Assembly (NCBI GenBank): GCA_013265495.1
Contig: MU058815.1
Span: 318,523 to 382,522, forward strand
Length of the DNA: 64,000 bases
Direction of reading: 5' to 3'
DNA from: Vicugna vicugna
Lineage: Eukaryota
Each line of letters starts with the position of its first letter. The first letter of the stretch is position 1. This document shows, in pieces, positions 37,612-50,095 of the stretch. Position numbers and translations under genes: made by a program. The notes under the pieces are model-generated. The model was not told where the DNA came from. It was given only the letters and a program-made list of their open reading frames with translations, and ran no database searches.

Positions 37612-40194
37612 CTCCACTCCTTTTTACCTTCTGTTTTCCTGCAGGTTCTCAGTCTTGAGCCAGCAAGCCTGAGAGTTGAAGTAAAATTCAGCTATAGTCT
37701 CACCCAGCGTTGCCCATCCTTGTCCCAGGTCCACAAACAGAAACCGAGCCCTCGAAAGGTGCTGGTGCATTAAAAAAAAACAAAAACAAAAGCCCGATCT
37801 TTACAGTTAGATGCCCGTGCAAATCCTGCCTCTGCCACTTACGAGCAAGAGAAATGGTTTGCTGGCGTCTCCAACTCCCGAAAAGCAGAGCAGCGCTGAG
37901 GCCTCACTGCCCCGGGTGCCGATTTGCCGAGATTCATGCAAAACCTCTCAGACTGTGCTTTACGTTCCGTACACAGAAGTCGAGATTTCTGTTCTTCTTG
38001 TCCATCTGCCCGCTTTTTTCTAATTCATTTCCTATTCCAACTCAGTTGGGAGATGCCTCTGAAGCCAGGGAGGGCCTGTGGGCCACTGTGAGCATCTTCC
38101 AGGCCAAGGTCATGGCTCCTTCTTCCATGGGATGGCCCCACGGCCACTGGTACCAGCAACCCAGCACCAGCGCCCAGCGCCCGGCACCCAGCGCCAGGTG
38201 CTTCTGACCTGGGATCCCTCAGCAGGGAGAGGTCACAGCTGAGAAGGGAAGGAGGGGGCAGGACCAACCTTAGGACCTCACTTCTCTGTGACACCGGCCA
38301 TGTTTCTGTTGGTTTCTCATAACAACTCGGCTTCTCAGAGAGTGACATCATTGCAGACGCTGCCGACATCCGCGTGTTGGACAGCACCCGCGGGCCAGCC
38401 GCCTGCTGGTACCCTGGCTAGGGTTACAGAGAAAGGTGGGGATGCTGTCGCTGGCTGGACAGAGACTTGAGCTGCCCGGACACCTGACTATCAGAGGAAA
38501 CGTGTGCCCTTACACAAGGGCGGGAAAACCCTGTGGTCTCACCCACCTGTGTTTTCTTGTTGTAATAAAAATGCAAACACGAAACACACAGAAGTCCGGT
38601 GAGACTGAAAGCCGGCTGGACCTGAAGGAGACATGGGGGAGGCAAAGGGGCCAGGAGCTCCCAGCATGGACCAAACTGCTCCAACACGCACCCCAAACCC
38701 GCAAACCCTTTCCCAGCGGTTTCAGACTTAGTTACTAGGATGCAGTCAAGTTCACAGCCATGTTTCCAAAGAGACCCATTATTTATGCAAACTAGCCTTT
38801 CTTCCACTTGCACTGGCTGGTCGACAGCAAGGAGCTTAGAATGGACCACAGCCCCGTATAAAATATTCACCAAAACAGACGCCAAGGTCAACACCACGTA
38901 AGCGTCGAGGGGAGTAAAGGCCTGGGAAGTCTCCATCCTGGAGGGTAAAGTTTGGCAAAAATGGGGATGTCAGACCAAGGCATCCAACGAGGTGCCTCCC
39001 GGGCCTCAGTCCTCCAGCAGCACGGACAACTCCAACACAGAACACCGGATCGTACCCACACCCACCTCACTGTTCCTCCCACCAGCACTTTTGTGTGTAA
39101 GGGACTTACAGCAGGGACCTGGGCCCTGACATGTGTGGCAGTGCACTGCACACAGAGGCGTCACCCCACAGGGGACGCTGGGCAGTCACTGGGTCTGCAC
39201 GCAGCTCTGCTTCCCCAGCATGAGCTCCCGAGGATGCTCTGAACACGGGAACCACCCGGCAGGTAACAAGATTTGCAGAGCAGGGTGCTGGACACAGCCT
39301 GAAAAGCTTCAGGGTATCCTCTCACCAAGCTGCTTTTGGTCCTGACTGACCCCAAGGCCTTGTGCTAAAAGGGGGTGAGATAGGAGACCCCGAGAAAGAC
39401 TAGATGGCAGCTTTCACGAGGGAATAATGACAGCAAGCTTCCAGCGCGGACGCACCCTGCGTGTGAGGACACGCCACCGCCCCCCTCCCCCGTGTCCGCT
39501 GGGGCAGGCACTGGCGGGGCAAACCGGCCGACCCCGGAGGCCTGGCAGAGACCAGGAGCTCTGTGATGCGCAGCAGGATTAGGAAAAGGTGGACTCCAGA
39601 AAGAAATCAGGACTCCAGGGCTGCTGTGCTTCGTCCAGAAATCCCTGGGGCCATCTCACCTGCCGACAGGGGGACTGTGGCCAAGCCCTGAGGGGCGGGG
39701 CCTTGGGGCTGCTCCACCACCGAGTCCCAAACGACAGGCACACAGAGAGGGCCAAACTCCCGCTGACAGGCTGCTGTTGGGAGCTCGCTCTTTCAGCTTA
39801 ACTGAAGGTCAAGTGGATGAACGCTGGCTGTTGAAAACCATCCCGGTGCAGGATGGTCCACTTGTGTGTCTCTGGCCTGTGCGTGGTCCAGGAAACAAAT
39901 GTTGCACGGGGTTTTAAAATGGATGGCGTTCCCCATCACCTAGCACAGACCACGAGGCCAGATCACACAGGAACCAGGCCAGGCTGAGGGTCAGTGGAGA
40001 CGCGGGTGTAACTGGGACCAACTTCAGAGGACCGTGACCTGTCTCTGTCACTTGCAGAGGCACACATCTGTGACCCCACAAGCCCACCTCTAGGAAACGC
40101 ATCCTACAAAATGAGCTCCTGTAGGTGTGAAAGGATATGTGCATGTGGTTATTCACTGATGCACTGGGGTTTGGTTTGTTTTGTCTGCATTTTC

Positions 40195-41270
40195 AGTGAC
40201 TTTTATTTGTTAAAAAAAAAAAAAACCTGTGCATTTTAACACAAGAGACTCATTTCACCGTGACCACCATCTCCATGAAACTGTTCCATCACCCAAAAAA
40301 TTCTTCTCATTCTTACCCTCTACCATCACATCCATACCACGCCCACATGCCACACACACACACACACACACACAGAGCTTTGTTTCTCCATCTCTCTAGT
40401 TTTATCTTTTGGAGAAAAAGTGAATCACACAGTATATAGCTCAAGGGGATCAGAACATGCCACCCTCAAATACGCCACGTTGGCACAAAAATTATTTTGA
40501 GCTAAAGACAACTGAGAAACAGCAGAGACAGAAAGGGCTCCCTGCCCTCCCTCATCGGCTTAAAATCAGGACATAAATCTCCCTTTGTGGCGGCGTCCCC
40601 ACCTCTCATGCCGTGATGGGAAGGGCAGCCCTCGCCGCCATCCTGAAAGGTGGCACCAAGATGCACCTGCGTGAGCAAATCTTACTAAATAACCCCCCTT
40701 ACCGACCACTCGTCTCCCATGTACATTCCCTAGTCACTTTCTCAGTCTCCTACCGCTAGAAGCCCAGACTCTTTTCCTTTGTCTAATCATGTCTCCACGA
40801 TGTATCACCCTTTGTTTATACGGTATATAAGCACTCAAGTCTGACCACTCCTTTGGGTTTTCATTTTTTCTCCTGTGATGCCGTCATGCACATAAAAATA
40901 TCAACATCCATCAAGTTAGTACAACTTTTCTCCTTTTGTCAGTTTAATTCCCAGGCCCCAGTGACAGAACCTAAGAGGGTAGAAGTTTTTTTTCCCTCCC
41001 CTACATACCCTTTTGAAACTAGCTCCTTTCACTCAACAGAATGCCTTTGAGAGTTATCTAATTTGATTGTCTGTACATATAATTACTTTTTTTTTTTTGC
41101 AAAACAGTATTCCATAGTATGGATGGACCACAGTCGGCTTATCCATCGTTTCACTGAAGGACATCGGTGCTATTTCCAGTTTTGCACTATTTCCAATAAA
41201 GCTGCTAAGAACATCTGTAGACAGGTTTTTGTGTGAATCTTAAGTTTCTATTCTCTGGGTAGCAGCCAGG
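40195..41270 (-). mobile_element. Old L1M 3' fragment interrupted by a MER34-like LTR; includes (CA)n at 40351-40373
   Basis: gttccatcacccaaaaaattc...atcacacagtatat before the LTR; ttttgaaactagctcctttcactcaaca...gtattccatagtatggatggaccacag after it. Confidence 0.65.
40441..41005 (+). mobile_element. MER34-like ERV1 solo LTR
   Basis: atcagaacatgccaccctcaaatacgcc...aattattttgagctaaagacaactgagaaacagcag...aacctaagagggtagaag...ccctcccctaca. Confidence 0.8.
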
Positions 41271-41314
41271 AACCAACCGTGAGTGTCTCCTCTGAGGTAA
41301 TCCCTTTGGACCAA

Positions 41315-41460
41315 CCCTCTCACACTTTAACGAGCACACAAACCACCCAGAGAGCTTGTTAAGTGCAGATTCTGACCCTGTGGGGTGCAGCCTAGGATGT
41401 TGCATTCCTAGCAGCTCCCAGGCGATGTGGTGCTGTCGGTGTGTGGGCCGCTGTGAGCGG
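41315..41460. mobile_element. MER5-like hAT-Charlie relic
   Basis: gagagcttgttaagtgcagattctgacc...tgcattcctagcagctcccaggcgatg. Confidence 0.6.
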
Positions 41461-42109
41461 TGAGGTCTTGGCTTCAGGACAGCCGGGCTGTGCCCCGGGG
41501 CGCCCTTTCAAGATGGAGTAAGTGAGGTTAAGACTGGCAGTTGTCACCAGGTCCTCTGATTGGTCAACAAAGCCCATTGCAAATGCGCGTTCCCTTAACG
41601 TGGGAGGTTTTAGGTGGAGCGTGCACTTGGCTTGCGCATCCCGCCCCCCCCCCCCTGCCCCGCAGGCATCTGAGTTTGGGTCCCCTGCTCAGCCTCACCT
41701 GTGGGCAGAAGCAGCTGCTTCCAGAGGCAGTGCTGTTTATAGCCCAGGGATGTAAGTAAAGGCAGTATTTTCTCTGCACTGAAGCTTCTTCAAAGGCCAT
41801 GAGAACACAGGCAACTTCAACTCCGGGGCTGGGCAGACAAAGAGGGGGGAGGGCAGTGGAGAGGGGAGGGCTCACAGAACGTCCATTAAACAGTGCCAGA
41901 AACACCCCCTCGTTTGCCCTTGTGGAATGGACTGAATCCAGCCAGAGCGGGCAACCTGTGCCAGGAGAGCCCCGGTGGAAGGAATGTGAGGTTTTCATGG
42001 TCTCCCGACCACCAGAGAGGCACGGGAGCCACCACACGCCACTCCAGGAAGAGGCACGGGGCGTTCGAGGGCCATGCAGGGACGCTGACTCACGTGGAGT
42101 GGAAGGAAC

Positions 42110-42885
42110 TGACCAGAAAATGGGCAAAAGGCACACACAGGCATCTCTCTAAAGAGAACATACAAATGCCAACAGACACATGAAAAGATCATGAGAGAAA
42201 TGCAAGCAAAACTGTGAGATACCACTTAACAGAAAAAGCAAGTCTGGGCGAGGATGTGAGAAACTAGAACCCTTGCGCCCTGTTGGTGGGAATGTAAAAT
42301 GGTGCAGCTGCAGTGGAAAACAATATGGCGGTCAAAAAATTGGAAACATAATTGCCACCGATCCAGCAATTCCATCTCTGAGAATCTACCCAAAATAACC
42401 GGAAGCAGGGTCTTGAAGAGGTATGTGAACACCGGTGTTCACAGGAGCATTAGTCACCCACAGCCGAGAGGGGGAAGCTGCCCAAGTGTCCATCAGCGGA
42501 TGCATGGATAAACAAAATGCAGTATATCCATACAAGGGGATATCACTCAGTCTTACAAAGGAAGCTGTGACACACACTACAACGTGGATAAACCTGAGGA
42601 CATCACGTTAAGTGAAATAAACCAGTCACAAAAAAGACAAACGGTTCATGTGAGTTATGTAGAGTAATCAAATCCACAGAAACAGGAAGTAGAAAGGTGA
42701 TTCCCAGGGGCCAGGGAAGGGCAAAAGGGGAGTTGCTGTCTAATGGGTACAGAGCTTCAGTTGTGCAAAAGGAAAAATTCTGGAGATTCGTGGCACAACA
42801 ATGTGAATATACTTAACACTACTGAACCGTACACTCAGAAATGGTTACGGTGCTAAATTTTATGTTATGTGGTTTGTGGAATCAC
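42110..42885 (+). mobile_element. L1MA/L1MB-like ORF2 end plus 3' UTR
   Basis: aaaatgggcaaaag...tgttggtgggaatgtaaaatggtgcagctgc...aatgtgaatatacttaacactactgaac. Confidence 0.85.
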
Positions 42886-43070
42886 ACATACGCACCCGCA
42901 AAAAATCCACGCAAGCTAGATGAGAACTCCATAGAAGGAAACGACAGGCTGTAGGCGAGATGCTCACGCAGGATGCTCCATGCAGAGAAGCACCAGATGA
43001 TCTCGCATGGAATTACATACACGTCCCCTGTGGACCGCATGCCACGTGTACGGGAACATGGACGTACACC

Positions 43071-43530
43071 TGTTACCGACCCAGGTTCTTGGACACTTTA
43101 ATCAATAGAAATTGGTAAGAGGCCAGACGAGAAATTCAGGCAAGGCTTTACTGGGACTTGTGCTGCAGCACAAGGGAGTGGAAACAAGTTGCTCAAAACA
43201 GGAGAAGGGGGCAAGCTGGTCCCTTAAATTGGGTGAAGGTAGAGGCAGACCCATGGGTTGGGCTGGAGAGGTGGCTTAGGTGGTCTGCCCACCCCCTTGG
43301 TGGTGCGGTGTGCAGGGACCATGCACAGTACCCTGCTTTTGTTCCCAGCACCTCAGAAGTAGCAGATGGGTTTTGGTCTTTTTGTATCTTGCTGCTCGTA
43401 ATTTGCCTCAACTGTACACGCGTGCAGTTGTTTTCAGTCCCTTGCAGTTTCTTTGCATTCTGTTGCTCGAGGAGACCTCTGTCCAAGTGCAAGCACTGCA
43501 GCAAAGGGTCCCAAGTCCCAGCCTGTCTCA
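43071..43530 (-). mobile_element. ERV1-class solo LTR (460 bp), sense to ROR2
   Basis: Minus strand TGAGACAGG...AGTAAAGCCTTGCCTGAATTTCTCGTCTGGCCTCTTACCAATTTCTATTGATTAAAGTGTCCAAGAACCTGGGTCGGTAACA; TG...CA termini; TSD not clean. Confidence 0.75.
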
Positions 43531-44150
43531 CCTCCACCCAGGACTGTCTGGAGCCGTGCACACAAAGCTAAGTGATTACTTTCCAAGGAGCCTCAGTCTC
43601 TTTCAAGAATTATTCTGACTACCGAAGTCTTGCATCACGATTGCCTTTAGTATCTCAGTGAGTCAGGGAGTGGGCTTCAAAATCCACATCACGCGCTGTC
43701 TAGGATCATCTGTTCTCTCGGTAAAAATTTCGTTTTTAATGGACTGTGACCCCGTGGAGGCTGTCGCCATCAGAAACACACTCGTTTCCACATGTTGGTG
43801 TCAGGAGAGGTCTTTGTGGCTCAGTGTGTGCATCTGGAAATGGGAACAGCACCAACAGCGCCCTCCTCTGAAAGTGTGGGGAGCGGTGGGGACTGCACTA
43901 CAAGCCTCCAACTCAGTGCTCGCGGTGGTAGGTGTTTATTTAATTCCATGTTTGCCTTGTCAAAGAATTTCAACCCAAAATGGAACCAAAGGCTATAAAG
44001 TGGGAAATCTCCCACGTGTGCCCCCAGGAGAACAAAGCCAAAGGACTGGCTGCCCAGCCATGCCTGACGTAGCTTCTGTGTTTGTATTTGGATGTGTAAT
44101 TATTTCTATATTGAGACGGTCTATCAGTTTCCCAACTGATAACATTGGCA

Positions 44151-44204
44151 TTTTTTTAAACTAAAGTCTAGTCAATCGACAATGCTGTGTTCATTTCTGG
44201 TGTT
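44151..44204 (-). mobile_element. Terminal ~50 nt of young L1 3' UTR abutting the SINE tail
   Basis: Minus strand caccagaaatgaacacagcattgtcgattgactagactttagtttaaaaaaa; compare L1 ends at 12341-12390 and 48841-48893. Confidence 0.75.
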
Positions 44205-44334
44205 GGTTTTGTTTTCTGGGGGTAATTAAGTTTATTATTAATTAATTTATTTATTTTACCGGAGGCACTGGGGATTGAACCCAGGACCTCGTGCATGCTA
44301 GGCACGCGCTCGACCGCTGAGCTACACCCTCCCC
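44205..44334 (-). mobile_element. tRNA-Ala-derived SINE (Vic-1 type)
   Basis: Minus strand GGGGAGGGTGTAGCTCAGCGGTCGAGCGCGTGCCTAGCATGCACGAGGTCCTGGGTTCAATCCCCAGTGCCTCC. Confidence 0.92.
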
Positions 44335-46370
44335 ACTGGCATTTTCTTCAGTGATACGGAGTTGGCCAGGGGTCGTCTCACAGCCTCAGCCCTGGGAAGT
44401 CTGGCTTACGGTTTCCAGAGGCACCAACAAGACAGTGACCCAGGTCGGGCTGGTCTTGAAAAGTGAGCAGAACTGAGCTCTGTTGGTTTGCCCGGGCTGG
44501 TTCTGTCTGCTCGGGGAACTTCCAAGCTGGTCTCTTGTTTGTTTTTTGATTTTAACTGATTCTAACTGGACTCGCCCCTCCTTACATTCCCCGCCCTAAA
44601 ACACAGCCTTAGCCGACTTGCCTGCAGCTTGCTGTATGTAGTCTTTGTGTCCCGAACTGCAATTCTTCTCATCTTTCCGACAATTCTGAGCTGCCCACAG
44701 CTAACCTCCTTATTGAGGTCAACCTTCCCTCTGCCCGCTCTCTCCTCTGCCTTCCTGCAGACCCCCGATTTCAGCCACTGGGCCGATTTACACGTCAGCG
44801 TGGCCCAGGGGCTGTTTTAGCAGAGCTCAGGCCTGTCCCTACAGCTGCCCTCACCCGGCTGCCCTGGGAGGGGCCTTTGTTTGGCAGCCTCTTCTTAACC
44901 AGAGACCCAACTGGGGGCCTCCCAGGGCCGAGGGCTCCCCCTGGCAGGAGGTAAGAGGCCCAGAGGGGCAAGGCTCTCCCCTGGCCTGGGCACAGAGGGG
45001 AAGGAAAGGCCGCCCACATCTCCTGTCCAGGGCTGACTCCCGGAGACACCCCCAGCGTTCCCAGGCTACCCCGGTCCTGGAATCTACCACCAAGAGCAAA
45101 TCTTCAGGGATGAAACTAAAGCAACGGTTTGGACCCCAAGAGTGGGGTGTCAAATTCCTTTAGCCATCGACTTCTGAGTTGTTGCCCTCTAGTTTAATTA
45201 ACTGGATCACCTGAAAGCTTCATTTGCATTATCCAGCTCTCCCCATGAGTACCGCTCTCCCACAGGGAAAATTCCTTTTGCTTTCTTTTATGATTTAAAG
45301 GCTTAAACCAAATGCTCTGCAGGGATCAGGTATGTGCCCTTAATCCTCTTTCTCCTTGCAAAACAGCGCTAATTTATCCAAAGTGCTTCACGGTAATACT
45401 CGAAGAATGTTCACTTACTCCAACCTATGAGGCGGCTTCTGGTCTTCCAAAGCCACATGCCTGTTCTCCAGTGCCCTGAAAATCCCTCCCTCGGCATGCC
45501 TGCCACACACTGTCACACACAGCACACTGGGGCCCCCTGCCACCACAGAGAGGGCCGCACGGTGCCAGGAACGGTTTCTGGACACCCAGGACATATGCTT
45601 TTTATCCACCCACCTCCCAGGCACTGAGTTGGAGAGGGGGTGCAAACCAGAGAGGCCCTTCATCCGGCATTAGCCCCCCAGCCTGGGACCCAGGTGCACG
45701 AGTAGGGGTCCAAACACAGCCCGAGGCAGCCAGCGGCAGAGCGGGAGCCGCCCTTGAGGTCCCCCTTCTCCCGTCTGCCCCTCGTCTTCCATCAAATTCA
45801 GCTCTCCTCCCTCCGTCTGCCCCTAAATGACACTCTATTCTCACCTCAAGCCAGAAGCTTAGACAACCTGCACCTCCTGGCTGAACAGTCACACCCCCTT
45901 GGCGTGAGAACTGCAGATCCAAAATGCAGACACTTACAAGCCAGGAGGGCAGCAGAGGACGAAATGCCAATGTACTCTGGTGCGGCTTCGGGGAAAAGCA
46001 GCACACGTGAGGGCATGTGTACACACACACACATGCGCGCACACGCGCGCGCACACACACACCTTCCACCTCCACAGGAAGCACCCTGTGGGCTCAGTGA
46101 AGAAGGAAAGGGATGGAATGATGGAAATCCATTCACCGTTTACTGAATCCCAATCCCATTCCAGCATCAATACCGTCCACCCTGGAAGGATGAAGATATA
46201 CATTCTCCTCAGCTAACATTCCTCCTGGGATATGGCCAGCGGGGAAGCACAGCACAGAAACCCTGAGGAGAAGCGTGCGTCACCCCGCAGGATGGACACT
46301 GCGGCAGCTGAGAATCCGGTGAGAATCTCTTCAGTAAAGAGTTCAGTTTTAATTCGATGTTACAAAGTAC

Positions 46371-46606
46371 AAGGGATAAATCTGGGAATTCGAGATTTGC
46401 AAAAATTAACTACTATCTATAAAAAATAGATAAAAAACAAATTTCTTCTATACAGCACACGGAATTACATTCAGTATCTTAAAATAATCTTTAATGAAAA
46501 AGAATATGAAAACAAACATATGTATGTATATGCATGACGGGGACATTGTGCTGCGCACCAGAAATTGACACATTGTAACTGATCATACTTCAATTTTAAA
46601 AAAAAA
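46371..46606 (+). mobile_element. Short young L1 3' UTR
   Basis: aagggataaatctgggaattcgagatttgc...caccagaaattgacacattgtaactgatcatacttcaattttaaaaaaaa. Confidence 0.88.
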
Positions 46607-47509
46607 CATCTGCATGTGATATGTATTTCAATGGTAGAACCAGCTGCTCTGTGACTAAGCGTCTGGGTGTCGGGGTTGAGAAAGGACCTGGGGTGATTTA
46701 TTAACAGAACTAGGGTGAAGACGCAATGGTGGTTTGGAGAGGGGGGACAAATTCCATCCAGACCTACTGGAGGAGGTCAGTGAGATCACTGTACATGATG
46801 ATCATATGACAGAAGTATGTCTGTTTCCCAACAAACCTGGGCTGACTCGCCAGAGCATCCTCTCCATTTTTTTTTTCAAAAGGCGCCAACAGATGGATGC
46901 CTGCGTTCCGCCCCTGGCTGGTGCCTGGTCCTCTCCGTGCCCCTGCTTGCGCCAGCCAAGCCCTAGGCCACCAAGGGTCAGCTGCTGTCCCAAATCTGTT
47001 TGTGCCAGTTGTCATGTTACTGTACTGAGCTACTTAGTTAATGGTCACCAAATGGGATGACACAGGAGTGCTAACAAGGAGAAAGAAATTGTTAGAAAAA
47101 CGAAGCTGAATACGTTAGGGAAAAAAAAATTTGCTTAAAAAATAATTAGGTACTTGTGTACATGACAACTGTAAAACGCTGGTGGGGAGAGAGGGTGAAA
47201 ATCTGTTAGGATTCTGCACGTTCAAAAATATCTAGAAGCTTTTACTTCACTTGAAAGAGATCAAACCCTGCAGATCACTGAACATGCACTTTGGATGTGG
47301 TTATGTGGGAAGGCTGACGTGGCCCTCCAGTCAGCAAACCTCCACTCAGTTAAAATATCAGTAAATTAATGCACATTATGAGTTAACGCTAAAGGTGTGA
47401 AGTATTGAATTTTTTAAGTTTTCCCGATTTAATCTACTTCTTCAACCGACAGCCTCACTGCATCATAAGTGAGGAATCCTCCTCGAGTCCCATAAGCAAC
47501 CACCAAGTT

Positions 47510-47682
47510 TCTCATTTGCTGAAGATTCACCGTGTGCCAGGGAAAGCACCAAGAATTTTACAATATTACCTTCTTTATTCCCTTCAATGGCCCCATGAAG
47601 TAGTCATGATCATACCCATGCTTCAGACAGGTAAACCAAGGCAAAGAGGAAGTCAGCAATTTAACCAAACGCACACAAGGTC
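47510..47682 (-). mobile_element. MIR SINE
   Basis: ctcatttgctgaagattcaccgtgtgccagg...cccatgcttcagacaggtaaaccaaggcaaagaggaagtcagcaatttaacc. Confidence 0.65.
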
Positions 47683-47873
47683 CTGCAGAGGTTTCACTGG
47701 GTCTTTCCCTCAACAGCTGGTATGGAAACCGCTACGCTGAGAGGTGGGGCCTCCGATCCTAGGAGCTGGGTTTATCTGCATGGAAGACTACACCAACTTC
47801 TACCTGAAGCTGTTCGGATGATAAGACCACCAACAGAGAAAGTGTAAAGGAAAAAACACATTAAGCTACAGTA

Positions 47874-48892
47874 ACTTCCAGAATATACAAACAGCTCACT
47901 GAACTCAATAACAAAAAAACAAACAACCTAATCAAAAAATGGGCAGAAGACATTTCTGCAAAGACATGCAGATGGCCAATAGGCACATGAAAAGATGCTC
48001 AATATCATTAATTATCAGAGAAATGTAAATCAAAACTGCAGTGATGTTATCACCTCACACCAGTCAGAATGGCCCTCATTAAAAAGTCCACAAATGACAA
48101 ATGCTGGAGAGGGGGTCAAGAAAAGGGAACCCTCTTACACTGCTGGTGGGAATATAGTTTGGTGCAGCCACTATGGAAAATGGTATGGAGATTCCTTAAA
48201 AAAAAAACTAAAAATAGACTTACCATATGATCCAGCAATCCCACTCCTGGGGAGACAGCTCTAATTTAAAAAGATACATGTTCCCCAGTGTTCCCAGCAG
48301 CACTATTCACAATAGCCAAGACATGGAAACAGCCTAAATGTCCATTGACAGGTGACCAGATAAAGAAAATGTGGTGTATACATAATGGAATACTACTCAG
48401 CCATAAAAAAGAATGAAATAATGCCATTTGCAGCAACATGGAGATTACCATACTAAGTGAACCAAATCAGACAGAGAAAGACAAATATCATATGATACCA
48501 CTTAAATGTAGAATCTAAAATAAAAAGATATAAATGAACTTATTTACGAAACAGGAACAGACTCACAGACATAGAAAACAAACTTTTGGTTACCAAAGGG
48601 GAAAGGGGGTGGGAAGGGATAAATTAGGAGTTTGGGATTAGCAGATGCAAACCACTATATATAAGATAGATAAACAATAAGGTCTTACTGTACAGCACAG
48701 GGAACTATATTCAGTATCTTGTAATAATCTATAATGGAAAAGAATATGAAAAAGTATATAAATATATATACTTATACATATGTTACATATACTTCACATA
48801 TATATAAACTGAACCACTATGCTGTATACCAGAAACTATACCAGAACTAGCACAACACTGTAAATCAACTAGACTTCAATTTAAAAGAAAAA
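47874..48892 (+). mobile_element. 5'-truncated young L1 (about 1 kb)
   Basis: ORF2 C-terminal motifs ([14 protein letters not shown]) and 3' UTR; perfect TSD aagctacagta at 47863-47873 and 48893-48903. Confidence 0.93.
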
Positions 48893-49749
48893 AAGCTACA
48901 GTACCATTTTTAAAGTAACTCTGTTCTTTAAAAAACTGGAGATTTCTGCTCATGCCCAGCACATGAATTCAGACCTCCAAATCTTTCTGAATCACTTGCT
49001 AAGTACCTGGCTCAGGGCCTGGCAGAGCAAGAAGCAGCTTACAAAAACCAACAATGGAGACACCTGTTTCCCAGGGAGAGGGATGGAAAGGACAGAATTT
49101 GGGGGTAAGACCTGGGCTGTTTCAGAGCCAGAATATTTAGAGGGCTAATAACAGAAACCAGACAAAATCCTGCTCTAAAAATCTCCTGCTCTAAAAATCA
49201 GGAGACAGGTTACAGTCTGAGTGGCTGAGCTGTGCTGCGGCACTGGGGGTGGGGTGGGTGGGATGCAGGCAGAGTTCTGTCCCAGCTGTTCCCAATACAG
49301 GACGTAACACATGTCACACGCAGACGGAGCTTCCTCGGGTCGCCAGGCGCAGGACAGCCCCTTCCCCTACTGTGACCCTCCCCACCACATAACCAGCACA
49401 GGGAAGATCCCGCAGAGCGGATGCAAGAGGACGCTTTGCAAGTGTGTGGAGCACATGCTGACAAATGAGACAGCTTACGTTCTCCTCTCTGAAAAGACAT
49501 GAAAAGTGGTTTTGCATGTGAACTGCTTCTCAGAACTCCTCAGTGCCTAACTGGTGAGTCAGTCCTCTGAACTCCCATCTTCCCCTCCCCGCCCCCCCCC
49601 ATCCACCCTCCTGCATGTCACACAGAGAAAGCAGAGCTCAGCAAACAGTCAGGAAGACCACCGGCCTGGGGCGTGGAGCCAATTCACATTCTCACCTCAG
49701 CTTCGTCAGCATCACTTACGAAGTGCTCCCCCACCAACAACCGGGAAGC

Positions 49750-50095
49750 GCTGGTTCTCAGCCCTGGGGCCACACCACAGTCACGAGGGATTTTTATATT
49801 CCACGCTCAGACTGCAGCCCAGATGCGCCAAGCTCCCCGGGTGACTCCAACGGCAGCCAAGGAGAGGTGCCACAGATCCCCCTGCGACCTTCCAGGCTGT
49901 CCCTGGACAGAGGGGGGCAGCCCCCTTGGCCCAGCGGATCTGAGACCTGAGCGGGCATCGGAATCCTCCAGGGCCCGCCTGCGGGGTTCCTTCTTGGCGG
50001 GCTAGGGCGGAACCAGGGAACCTGCATTTCCAGCAAGTTCCCGGTTTACGCTGAAGTGGCAGGTCCCGGGACCACACCTGAAAACCAGCTGCTCT
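49750..50095. mobile_element. Two MER5-like fragments (about 49750-49860 and 49997-50095)
   Basis: ctggttctcagccctgg...aagctccccgggtgactcc; gaacctgcatttccagcaagttccc...gggaccacacctgaaaaccagctg. Confidence 0.55.

Noticed and set aside
44265..44334. tRNA-Ala-like sequences (also near 9530-9600 and 24063-24133) as tRNA genes
   Set aside because: AT-rich tails, TSDs and mutated anticodon loops identify them as SINE heads
49168..49203. Tandem duplication of tcctgctctaaaaatc
   Set aside because: Two-copy micro-duplication, common and uninformative
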